From a virus (taxonomy: Duplodnaviria; Caudoviricetes): a DNA stretch of 35,401 nt. Under the pieces are notes generated by a model, which worked only from the letters and a program-made list of their open reading frames with translations, searched no databases and was not told where the DNA came from. The position numbers were made by a program, and so were the translations under genes. The DNA is taken from IMG/VR virus record IMGVR_UViG_3300012665_000299, positions 1 to 35,401 of that record. One strand, written 5' to 3'. Shown one piece after another: positions 8,019 through 16,876 of the stretch (its first letter is position 1; each line of letters starts with the position of its first letter).

Positions 8019-10325
8019 ATGGCAAGTACATACAGCAACCTTAAAATCCAGTTGATGGCCACAGGCGAGAACAGCGCCACTTGGGGCAACGTCACCAACA
8101 CCAACATGGGCACCGCGCTTGAGGAAGCTATTGCTGGAACGGCTGATGTCCCTTTCTCCAATGCCAACGTCACACTTACGTTGACGGATGCTAACACCAC
8201 CCAGACGGCGCGTAACATGCGCCTTAACCTTACCGGCACTGCCACTGCGGGCTACAACCTCATCGTCCCTGCGATTGAGAAGGCGTATATAGTCAACAAC
8301 GGTACTGACGGCACGATCACGGTTAAGAACGCGACAGGCACCGGTATCGCCATACCTGCGGGTAAGACTACATGGGTTTTCAATAATGCGACAAACGTCG
8401 TTGATGTCGTCACCCACCTTACGTCGTTATCGGTAGCAGGGGCACTGTCGGTAACAGGGACACTGCAAGGTACCGCGGCGAATTTCTCAGGTACCGTTAA
8501 TACGGGCGGGCAGATTGTAACGGGGACAGGAGTTAGTACAGGCGACTGCGCCATTGAGATTGGCGGAAACCGTACCGGTTCAGGCCCTGCGTACATTGAT
8601 TTTCATAGTGTTACTGGCAGCGATTTTGAAGCGCGCTTCATGCGCTACGCTGGCGCTAATGGTGGTTTGGATGTCATCAATAACGGTACTGGGGGCATGG
8701 TGCTTTCGGTCGAAGGTGCGGGGGATATGGTCCTCAGAACCACGGCTACAGAGCGTGTGCGTATTCTTAGTAGCGGCAACGTCGGGATCGGTGCAAGTTC
8801 TCCCGGCGCAAAGCTAGACGTAGCTGGCAATATTCTGCTTTCTTCCGCAACGCCTACCATCACGTTTAACAGCGGGGGCGGCGCTATCAGCAATGCTGGT
8901 GCTGCAAATACGATTGCCATATCTACTTCTAGTACTGAACGGTTCCGCATCGCAGCGGCTGGACAATGGGGTCTGGGTGGTGCAAACTATGGTACGTCTG
9001 GGCAGGTACTTACTTCACAAGGTTCTGGCTCTGCACCTATCTGGACTAATGCGGGTACTGTTACTTCAGTAGCTATGTCTGTCCCCGGGTTTCTTTCCAT
9101 CGCGGGTTCGCCAATCACGGGTTCTGGCACACTTGCAGTTACCTATTCTGGCACTGCACTACCTATTGCAAACGGTGGTACTGGGTCCACTGCCACTGCT
9201 TATTGCAGCCTCACGGCTAACGTATCGGGTACGCTCCCTGTCGGCAACGGTGGTACTGGCGCGGCAACCCTCACAGGCGTCCTAAAGGGTAACGGTACAG
9301 CGGCATTTACTGCCGCTACCGCAGGTACTGATTTCGTCGCACCCGGCGGCGCACTTGGTACGCCTTCGTCTGGTAACTTAGCGAACTGCACATTCCCAAC
9401 GCTCAACCAGAATACGACTGGTAGCTCTGGTTCTTGCACAGGTAACGCAGCTACGGCTACATCAGCTACTACGGCTGGGTCTGCTACTACGGCTGGGTCT
9501 GTCACCAACGCGGTTACATTCAACAACGGTGGCGCAGGCGCGGGTTCAGGCACTACCTACAACGGCTCGGCTGCACAGACGATCAGCTACAACACCATAG
9601 GTGCATACGCTGCTTCCAACCCATCTGGATACACCAACAACACCGGCACGGTCACTTCGGTTGCTACCACAGGCACAGTCAATGGTATCACACTCACCGG
9701 TACAGTTACTTCGTCGGGCACGCTTACTCTTGGTGGCGCGCTCTCTGGTGTCAGCCTTACCTCTCAGGTCTCTGGCACACTCCCTATCGGCAACGGTGGT
9801 ACTAACGCCACTACGGCAGCAGGTGCTCTCACTTCGCTCGGTGCGTATCCAGCGACTAACCCCAACGGCTACACATCAAACGTAGGTACGGTCACTTCGG
9901 TTGCTACTTCAGGTTCGGCTAACGGACTTACCCTTTCGGGCGGTACAATCACTACAACCGGCACAATTACTCTTGGCGGCTCAGTCACTTCGGTTGCATC
10001 AGGCGCAACCATCGACAGTGTAGTCATTGGCTACAGGAACATCCCACGTTCAACGACAACCACCACTGCTGTCGTAGCAGACGTTGGTAAATGTATCGCT
10101 GTCTCGGCTGGTATCACGATCCCGAACAGCACGTTTGCTGCGGGTGACGCGGTTTCGATTTATAACGACAGTGCCTCGGCAATCACAATTACGGCAGGTG
10201 TTGCAACGCTCCGCCAAGCTGGCACAGCGAATACCGGCAACCGCACACTGGCTGCGCGGGGTATGGCCACCATCTGGTTCAACAGCGCAACCGAAGCTAT
10301 AATTTCAGGTGCAGGAGTAACTTAA
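8019..10325 (+). CDS. Second tail fibre protein with N-terminal virion-attachment domain
   Basis: N-terminus MASTYSNLKIQLMATGENSATWG is typical of fibre anchors in aquatic podoviruses. Contains the ERVRILSSGNVGIG repeat, GTLPxGNGGT and GTVTSVA repeats, and a C-terminal domain ending ISGAGVT. Confidence 0.85.
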   Translation: MASTYSNLKIQLMATGENSATWGNVTNTNMGTALEEAIAGTADVPFSNANVTLTLTDANTTQTARNMRLNLTGTATAGYNLIVPAIEKAYIVNNGTDGTITVKNATGTGIAIPAGKTTWVFNNATNVVDVVTHLTSLSVAGALSVTGTLQGTAANFSGTVNTGGQIVTGTGVSTGDCAIEIGGNRTGSGPAYIDFHSVTGSDFEARFMRYAGANGGLDVINNGTGGMVLSVEGAGDMVLRTTATERVRILSSGNVGIGASSPGAKLDVAGNILLSSATPTITFNSGGGAISNAGAANTIAISTSSTERFRIAAAGQWGLGGANYGTSGQVLTSQGSGSAPIWTNAGTVTSVAMSVPGFLSIAGSPITGSGTLAVTYSGTALPIANGGTGSTATAYCSLTANVSGTLPVGNGGTGAATLTGVLKGNGTAAFTAATAGTDFVAPGGALGTPSSGNLANCTFPTLNQNTTGSSGSCTGNAATATSATTAGSATTAGSVTNAVTFNNGGAGAGSGTTYNGSAAQTISYNTIGAYAASNPSGYTNNTGTVTSVATTGTVNGITLTGTVTSSGTLTLGGALSGVSLTSQVSGTLPIGNGGTNATTAAGALTSLGAYPATNPNGYTSNVGTVTSVATSGSANGLTLSGGTITTTGTITLGGSVTSVASGATIDSVVIGYRNIPRSTTTTTAVVADVGKCIAVSAGITIPNSTFAAGDAVSIYNDSASAITITAGVATLRQAGTANTGNRTLAARGMATIWFNSATEAIISGAGVT

Positions 10326-10666
10326 TGAGCGGTATTCAGATGGCTTTACTAGGGGCCGCTGGCAACGCCCCTCTATCTATAATTATATCTCCCGCAAGTA
10401 CGTACACCACTCGCGTAGGTGCCGGTAGTATAACCTCGTCTACTTCTACTGGATCAGCATCAGGCGGTGCGGGTGGGTACTCATATGCGTGGACTTACGT
10501 ATCGGGGGACTCATTTACAATAAATTCGCCCTCATCGGCGGCAACTACATTCACTACAACACTTGGTGCTAACATATTTAAGTCGGGGACATACCGCTGC
10601 ACCGTTACAGATAGCTTGAGTGCTACCGCTTCTACAACGACACTCATAGAGTTAGAGTCCATATAA
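10325..10666 (+). CDS. Small Ser/Thr-rich Ig-like protein, candidate fibre-tip adhesin
   Basis: TAATG overlap with the fibre gene; GGAGGYSYAW...GTYRCTVTDS resembles an Ig/PKD-like beta sandwich. Confidence 0.55.
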   Translation: MSGIQMALLGAAGNAPLSIIISPASTYTTRVGAGSITSSTSTGSASGGAGGYSYAWTYVSGDSFTINSPSSAATTFTTTLGANIFKSGTYRCTVTDSLSATASTTTLIELESI

Positions 10667-12591
10667 TGCCGTTCATCAAGCTCCAGTTTAAGCCCGGTGT
10701 AAACCGCGACCAGACCGACTATTCTGGTGAGGGCGGCTGGTATGCTTGTGACAAAATTAGGTTCCGTTCGGGATATCCTGAGAAGATCGGTGGCTGGACT
10801 AAAAACACTTCCTCGTCGTTCCTTGGCGCTTGCCGCCAGATGTGGAGTTGGATAACCACATACAGCGATGACTTCTTGTCGCTGGGTACGAACGTTAAGC
10901 TGTATATCCAGAACGGCCCCGGCGGTGACTTTGCCGACATCACCCCATTACGCACTTTAAACCCGACATACACTGGGGCTAATACCACCAACTCGATCTA
11001 TACTACGAATGGGTCGAACATCGTAACAGTTACGCTCGCCGTAAACCCCAGTGCTTCTGAAGGTAACTACGTCAATATATCTGGTGCTACGGCGGTAGGC
11101 GGTATCCCCGCCGCTGAGATTAATGCTTCGCAACTTATTAAGACTGCGGGCACGCCTACTAACTCGTTTACGTTCCAGACATCCACGAACGCTACTTCGA
11201 CGGTGACCGGTGGCGGCGGTTCAGGCATTACGATTAGCTTTGAGATTGACACTGGATATGCCAGCGCGACCTTGGGTTATGGTTGGGGTACAGGCGCATG
11301 GGGTCGCGGTGCATGGGGTTCTAGCTCTACCAGCCCGATTATTCTACCACAGCGTGACTGGTGGATGGACAACTTCGACAACGACCTAGTGGCCAACATC
11401 CGCAACGGTGCACCATATTACTGGGAACGTGGGGCTACGGTTAGCCCTGTGACTGCGCTTGCCACTCGGGCTATTACGCTACAGACATATGCTACGAACC
11501 AAGGGTACAGCGCTAACGACGTCCCGATTAGGGTCATGCAGCTTCTAGTCTCGCAGCAGGATAAGCACCTGTTAGCTTTTGGCGCTGTGCCTTTTGGTAG
11601 CGTAAACCCAGATGATTTTGATCCGCTTCTTATTCGCTGGGCATCGCAAGACAGCCCCGGTGAGTGGGGGCCAACTGTTACCAATAGCGCTGGTTTCCTA
11701 CGTGTTTCCCGTGGTTCTCGTATTGTCCGTGCACTGCCAACTCGTCAGGAAATCTTGGTTTGGACTGATAGCAACCTCTATACGCTTCAGTTCCTTGGTA
11801 CGACTGACGTCTTTGGGGTTCAGGAATACGCAGACAATATCTCGGTTGCCTCACCTCGGTGCATGATAACTGCTGCCAACATCGTCTACTGGATGGGACA
11901 AGATAAGTTCTACGCCTACACCGGTCGTGTCGAGACGCTACCCTGCACCTTGCGTAACCATGTCTTCATGAACATCAACTTCGACCAGTCCGACCAGATT
12001 ATCTGCGGGACCAATGAGCAATGGAACGAAGTGTGGTGGTTCTACCCAACTGCGGACTCCAACTGGAACAACGCCTACGTAGTATACAACTACCTCGACC
12101 AAGTCTGGTACTACGGCAGCATCGAGCGTACGGCTTGGCTTGACACACCGCTGCGCCACTTCCCGCAGGCGGCAGCTACAGGGCAGAATGCTACTTCTGG
12201 GTTTGTTTACAACCACGAAGATGGTGTCAATGACGACGCCGCACCGATGACAGCTTACATCCAGTCAAACGATTTCGACATTGAGGACGGTGAGCAGTTC
12301 ATGCTTACACGGCGTATGATCCCTGACATCGACTTCTCTGGGTCTGCTACTTCACCAACACCTGAAGTCACGCTGGAGATTAAGAGCCGCAACTTCCCCG
12401 GCAATGCGTTCAATACCAACACGGATGACACCGCAAAGGTAATCCAGACTTCGGTCGGTGCCTACACAGGGCAGGTCTTCATGCGCATACGTGCGCGGCA
12501 GATGGCACTTAAGGTTATCTCGGACAAGCTTGGCACTCAATGGCAACTTGGTTCACCGCGTCTTGATGCACGGACGGATGGTAAACGCTAA
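10666..12591 (+). CDS. Tail tube/nozzle or DNA-stabilisation protein (P22 gp10 / T7 gp12-like role)
   Basis: 641 aa, beta-rich, with motifs typical of podovirus nozzle proteins (KIRFRSGYPEKIGGW, LIRWASQD, VYWMGQDKFY, EVWWFYP, RIRARQMALK); lies between the fibres and the internal proteins. Confidence 0.65.
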   Translation: MPFIKLQFKPGVNRDQTDYSGEGGWYACDKIRFRSGYPEKIGGWTKNTSSSFLGACRQMWSWITTYSDDFLSLGTNVKLYIQNGPGGDFADITPLRTLNPTYTGANTTNSIYTTNGSNIVTVTLAVNPSASEGNYVNISGATAVGGIPAAEINASQLIKTAGTPTNSFTFQTSTNATSTVTGGGGSGITISFEIDTGYASATLGYGWGTGAWGRGAWGSSSTSPIILPQRDWWMDNFDNDLVANIRNGAPYYWERGATVSPVTALATRAITLQTYATNQGYSANDVPIRVMQLLVSQQDKHLLAFGAVPFGSVNPDDFDPLLIRWASQDSPGEWGPTVTNSAGFLRVSRGSRIVRALPTRQEILVWTDSNLYTLQFLGTTDVFGVQEYADNISVASPRCMITAANIVYWMGQDKFYAYTGRVETLPCTLRNHVFMNINFDQSDQIICGTNEQWNEVWWFYPTADSNWNNAYVVYNYLDQVWYYGSIERTAWLDTPLRHFPQAAATGQNATSGFVYNHEDGVNDDAAPMTAYIQSNDFDIEDGEQFMLTRRMIPDIDFSGSATSPTPEVTLEIKSRNFPGNAFNTNTDDTAKVIQTSVGAYTGQVFMRIRARQMALKVISDKLGTQWQLGSPRLDARTDGKR

Positions 12592-13289
12592 TGGCTCTCG
12601 ACCTCTTCAACGCTCCTCCGCTCCCTAATCCACCAAGGGAATATGATGCGCAGTATATACGGCAGCTACTGCGGGTAATTGAAATCTATTTTGCGCAGCT
12701 TGACTCGCGCACGCCTAACAACGCGCAGAAATATACAGCAGATGAGTTTGTTGGTGGTACGTTTACTGGTACGTTTAGTGGTACAGGTTTAGATATTACG
12801 GTACCGTACGGGCAGTTTCAGAGTAATGCTGACCAGACTGCTGCCGCCATTGATACAGCTTACGCGGTTACGTACACTCAGTCAGATTTTACTGGTGGGA
12901 TCACGCTCAGCAGTGGATCACGACTCACGGTACCCTCTGCGGGTATTTATATTGTTAATTTTAGTATCCAGTTCAAAAACACGACCAACGATGTGCAAGA
13001 TGTTGACATCTGGTTACGCAAGAATGGGGCTGACATCGCTGATACTAATAGCCGGTTTTCTCTTTCACCGCGTAAAAACGCAGGCAACCCATCGCACTTA
13101 ATCGCTACAACACCCATCATGGTTCAGCTAGCTGCGAATGACTATGTCCAAGTTATGTGGCATGTTACAAATACAGGTGTGAGCATAGAGCATTTCCCAG
13201 CGGTTACATACTCAGCGGGCGTAACTCCTGCGCATCCAGCCACACCTTCGGCTATCGTGCAGGTTGATTTTATGTCTAAGGTTGTATGA
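12591..13289 (+). CDS. Tail-associated protein with C1q/TNF-like C-terminal domain
   Basis: TAATG overlap; LTVPSAGIYIVNFSIQF...IWLRKNG...VQLAANDYVQV is a C1q/BclA-CTD-like strand pattern. Confidence 0.6.
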   Translation: MALDLFNAPPLPNPPREYDAQYIRQLLRVIEIYFAQLDSRTPNNAQKYTADEFVGGTFTGTFSGTGLDITVPYGQFQSNADQTAAAIDTAYAVTYTQSDFTGGITLSSGSRLTVPSAGIYIVNFSIQFKNTTNDVQDVDIWLRKNGADIADTNSRFSLSPRKNAGNPSHLIATTPIMVQLAANDYVQVMWHVTNTGVSIEHFPAVTYSAGVTPAHPATPSAIVQVDFMSKVV

Positions 13290-13293
13290 TGCG

Positions 13294-13329
13294 TAAGGGC
13301 TTTAGTTCTCAACAGATTTACACTATAGA
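13294..13329 (+). promoter_or_regulatory. Putative late promoter TAAGGGCTTTA-N19-TATAGA
   Basis: Lies in the 65-bp intergenic gap before the ejection-protein genes; TTTAGT-17-TATAGA spacing; same motif and spacing as 22810-22845 on the minus strand. Confidence 0.55.
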
Positions 13330-13354
13330 AGTAGCGGCAAGGTAGGAAATAACG

Positions 13355-14869
13355 ATGGACCCTCAGCAGATAGCGCAACCATATGGTGGTACAATGGGAG
13401 GCGGTGTTCCTATCCATACTAACCCATTAGCGCAGCAGCTTCAGTCGAAGGGCCGTGGCGAAGATACTATGCTTGTCCACATGACCCCCAATGAGGTTAA
13501 CAGCCTTCAGGGTCTGGCTATGGCGCACGGTGGTTCGCTTACGATCAATCCAGAAACAGGTCTACCCGAAGCAGGCTGGCTCGGCAAACTACTCCCGACT
13601 ATTCTTGGTGCAGCCCTAGCGGCTACTGGTGTCGGTGCCCCTCTTGCTGCTGGTCTCGTCGCTGCTGGCTCCGTCGCTAAGACAGGTAGCCTCAAGAAAG
13701 GTCTGATGGCCGGTCTCCAAGCTTTTGGTGGTGCGGGTCTTGCCGGTGTGGCTGGTCTTGGTGGGGCTATCTCCAGTAACGCTGGTGGTATATTAGGTAA
13801 TAGTCCGGGCCTATTTGGTGCTAACATGGGTCTAGGTGCAGCGGCTGCGCCGGGTGTTGCTAGCGCCGCAGCGCCTGCTGTTACTACAGCGGCACCTCCT
13901 GCTGCCATGACGGGTGGGGTTCAAACAGTAACCGCTGGCGCAGCGATACCAACGGCACCGGGCGGACTTACGGCAAGCCTCGGTGGGGTTACAGCCCCTA
14001 CCTCTGGCCTCGTACCAAGTGCAATGCAAGGTGGCGGTGCACAGTTCACAGGTGGTTTGGGTTCGCGCTTTGGCCAAGCGGTACGCGCCGGTCTCCCTGA
14101 AGGTACTCCGGGGATTGTCTCTAAAATGGCACCTATGATGGCTGCTCAAGGGGCTGTGAGTGGTATCGGTGGCGCTCTATCCTCCGTTGGTAGGGGCGGC
14201 ACAGCAGGGCCAGATGGTCAGATTGATAACTCATATCAAGGACCATATTACGCGCAGGACAGGCAGCAGATCAAAGACCCAGAGGGTCCTCTGTCATCTA
14301 AGCAGCGCCGCCACTTTGCTATCGACATGCCTGAAACATATAACACTATGGGTCAGGTAGTACAGCCGGGTTCCCATACGGTCCGTGGAACGCAAATCAT
14401 GCAGCCAGTGTTGAACCCGAAAGCCAAGAAGGGCCAACCGATGTACAACTTTGTACCGGTTACATATCAGGGCGGTATTGACCCTAACGAAGAAGACTCC
14501 GGCTACGCTCGTGGCGGTGAGGTCCAGTTGGCCGATGGAGCCTTTGTGCTTGACGCCCGCACGGTATCCGAAATCGGTAACGGTAGCAGCAACGCTGGTA
14601 TGGAAGCTCTTCGTCGTATGGGTGGCCAGCCAGTGCAAGGTCCGGGTGATGGGGTTAGTGATAGTGTACCTGCCCGTATCGGTAAGGACCAGCCTGCCCG
14701 TGTCGCCCGCGATGAAGTAATTATGCCTGCGAATGTGGTTCGCCGCATTGGTAAAGGTAACCCTCAACGGGGTGCAGATAAGCTATACGCGCTTATGGAC
14801 AAGGCGCACAAGGCACGTAAGAAGGCAGGGCGTGGTCACGATACCAAGCTAGCCCGTGGGTTAGGATAA
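13355..14869 (+). CDS. Putative internal virion / DNA-ejection protein
   Basis: Gly/Ala-rich hydrophobic segments; GRGEDTMLVHMTP and GPGDGVSDSVPARI blocks; first gene of the post-tail cluster. Confidence 0.55.
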   Translation: MDPQQIAQPYGGTMGGGVPIHTNPLAQQLQSKGRGEDTMLVHMTPNEVNSLQGLAMAHGGSLTINPETGLPEAGWLGKLLPTILGAALAATGVGAPLAAGLVAAGSVAKTGSLKKGLMAGLQAFGGAGLAGVAGLGGAISSNAGGILGNSPGLFGANMGLGAAAAPGVASAAAPAVTTAAPPAAMTGGVQTVTAGAAIPTAPGGLTASLGGVTAPTSGLVPSAMQGGGAQFTGGLGSRFGQAVRAGLPEGTPGIVSKMAPMMAAQGAVSGIGGALSSVGRGGTAGPDGQIDNSYQGPYYAQDRQQIKDPEGPLSSKQRRHFAIDMPETYNTMGQVVQPGSHTVRGTQIMQPVLNPKAKKGQPMYNFVPVTYQGGIDPNEEDSGYARGGEVQLADGAFVLDARTVSEIGNGSSNAGMEALRRMGGQPVQGPGDGVSDSVPARIGKDQPARVARDEVIMPANVVRRIGKGNPQRGADKLYALMDKAHKARKKAGRGHDTKLARGLG

Positions 14870-14875
14870 TTTATC

Positions 14876-16870
14876 ATGGGTAAGACTACTACACAGAACG
14901 TCGTTCAGACCACATCGAATATCGGTGCGGCGCAGCTTCCGTATTACAACACGGCGATGCAGGGTGCCCAGTCCCTGCTTACTGCCCAGACACCTATATA
15001 CGACCGTGAGCGCCTCGAAGGGTTTACGCCCCAACAGCAAAAGCTTCAGGGCGAAGTCGCAGGGATGCAGACACCGGGCCAGTTTGGTCAGGCGTCTAAT
15101 CTTGCGGCAACCGCCGGTCTCGGTGCGCTTCAAGCAGGTCAGTACAGCACAGGCCAGTTTAACTCCCAGCAGATCGGCCAGCCGAACCTACAGCAATATT
15201 CCATGTTTGGTCCGGGCAATGTGCAGGCTCAGCAATATGGTACGCCCCAGATGGGGACTGCCCAGACGGGATATAATCCGAGTCTGAATAACTACCAGAT
15301 GCAGCAGCCGGGTAATGTACAGGGTAACAATGTGCAGTCGCAGGATATGCAGGCAGCGCAGACGGGTTACAAACCCAACCTCAACGCATTCCAGTTTGGT
15401 CCTACTCAGCAGGTATCCGCAGGACAGATAAACGCCCCCACTATGGAAGGCGCTCAAACCTCGTACGGCCAAGGACCACTTGAGCAGTTTCGTATGGATG
15501 CCCCACAGCAGTTCGGTGGGGTGCAGGCGCAGCAGTATATGTCGCCGTATACGCAAAACGTCATCGACGTACAGAAGAGCGAAGCCATCCGCGATGCGCA
15601 GAAAGGGCAGCTTGCCCAGAACCTTGGCGCTGTGCGGCAGGGGACTTATGGTGGTGCCCGCCAGCTTCTCGCTGGTACGGAGCGTGAGCGTAACCTAGGT
15701 AGCCAGCTTGGGCAAATTCAGGCACAGGGTCAGCAAGCTGCGTACGAGAATGCGCAGCAACAGTTTGAGCGTGACCGCGCAGCGGGCATGACTGCGGGTA
15801 GGGAAAACTTACAGGCGGCTCTCGGCCAGCAGCAGCTTGGCGTAAGCACAGGCATGCAGTCGGCTTTAGCTAACTTGTCGAACGAACAGCAGGCACGTGT
15901 AAACAACCAAGCTACCCAGTTCCAAGCACAGGGTATGAACCAAGAGCAGGCCATGCGCGCTGCGCTTGCTAACCAAGGTGTGGATGTCACTCGGGCACAG
16001 CAGAACTTGGCTTCACAGCTAAGCACTCAGGAGCTTGGCGCTAACATCGGTACACAGACTGCACTGGCTAACCTCTCGAATGAGCAGCAGGCTGCGGTTA
16101 ACAATCAGGCTCAGCAATTCCAAGCTCAGGGTATGAACGCCCAGCAGGCCATGCAGGCTGCACTGGCTAACCAGCAGGCAGGACTCACCACCGGCCAACA
16201 GAACCTACAGGCTAATCTACAAACGCAGCAGCTTGGTACTGAGACTGGGTTACGGTCTGCATTGGCTAACCTCGACTCCGCTTCACAGGCTAATGTCCAG
16301 AATTTGGCGGCGCAGCTGCAAACACAAGGTCTCAACTCCGAGCAGGCTATGCGCGCTGCGTTGGCTAACCAGCAGGCGCAACTAACCACAGGTCAACAGA
16401 ACCTTAGCGCCGCGCTCGATACACAGCGCCTTGGTGCCCAGACGGGTCTGGCTGCATTGCAGTCTAACCAACAGGCTGACCTCGATAGGCAGCGTATGGC
16501 TGAGCAGTCTCGTCAGTTTGGTGCGACACAGGGTCTTGCAGGTTTGGCACAGGCCAACCAGTCGGCCCAGACATTGGGTAACCTCGGCAGTGCGCAGCAG
16601 CAAGCAGATGCCCAGCGTATTGGGTTGCAGCAGACAACGGCTGCGCAAGAGCAGGCACTTAACCAACAGATGCGTGACCTTGACTATGCAGACTTCCAAG
16701 CCCAAGCTAATGATCCGTACAAACGGCTTCAACAATATATGAGCCTTATGAGCGGTGTGCCGCAGGCTACACAGACTACGCAGACTACATCCGCGCCAAC
16801 GATGTCGGTAGGTGAACGGCTTCTAGGTGCAGGACTAGGTGCGTACAGCACGTACAAGATGGGGACTTAA
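14876..16870 (+). CDS. Gln-rich putative ejection (DNA-transfer) protein
   Basis: Very Q/A-rich, predicted helical, YMSPY...GGARQ core, hydrophobic LLGAGLGAY C-terminus, internal 32-aa and 66-aa repeats. Confidence 0.6.
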   Translation: MGKTTTQNVVQTTSNIGAAQLPYYNTAMQGAQSLLTAQTPIYDRERLEGFTPQQQKLQGEVAGMQTPGQFGQASNLAATAGLGALQAGQYSTGQFNSQQIGQPNLQQYSMFGPGNVQAQQYGTPQMGTAQTGYNPSLNNYQMQQPGNVQGNNVQSQDMQAAQTGYKPNLNAFQFGPTQQVSAGQINAPTMEGAQTSYGQGPLEQFRMDAPQQFGGVQAQQYMSPYTQNVIDVQKSEAIRDAQKGQLAQNLGAVRQGTYGGARQLLAGTERERNLGSQLGQIQAQGQQAAYENAQQQFERDRAAGMTAGRENLQAALGQQQLGVSTGMQSALANLSNEQQARVNNQATQFQAQGMNQEQAMRAALANQGVDVTRAQQNLASQLSTQELGANIGTQTALANLSNEQQAAVNNQAQQFQAQGMNAQQAMQAALANQQAGLTTGQQNLQANLQTQQLGTETGLRSALANLDSASQANVQNLAAQLQTQGLNSEQAMRAALANQQAQLTTGQQNLSAALDTQRLGAQTGLAALQSNQQADLDRQRMAEQSRQFGATQGLAGLAQANQSAQTLGNLGSAQQQADAQRIGLQQTTAAQEQALNQQMRDLDYADFQAQANDPYKRLQQYMSLMSGVPQATQTTQTTSAPTMSVGERLLGAGLGAYSTYKMGT

Positions 16871-16876
16871 TAAGTT

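Noticed and set aside
9465-9500. 18-bp duplication (ATTAGS x2) in the second fibre
   Set aside because: Ordinary low-complexity slippage in a fibre gene.
2-10325. Diversity-generating retroelement or shufflon acting on the fibres
   Set aside because: No reverse transcriptase or invertase in the window, no TR/VR pair with adenine-specific mismatches, and the repeats are direct and coding.
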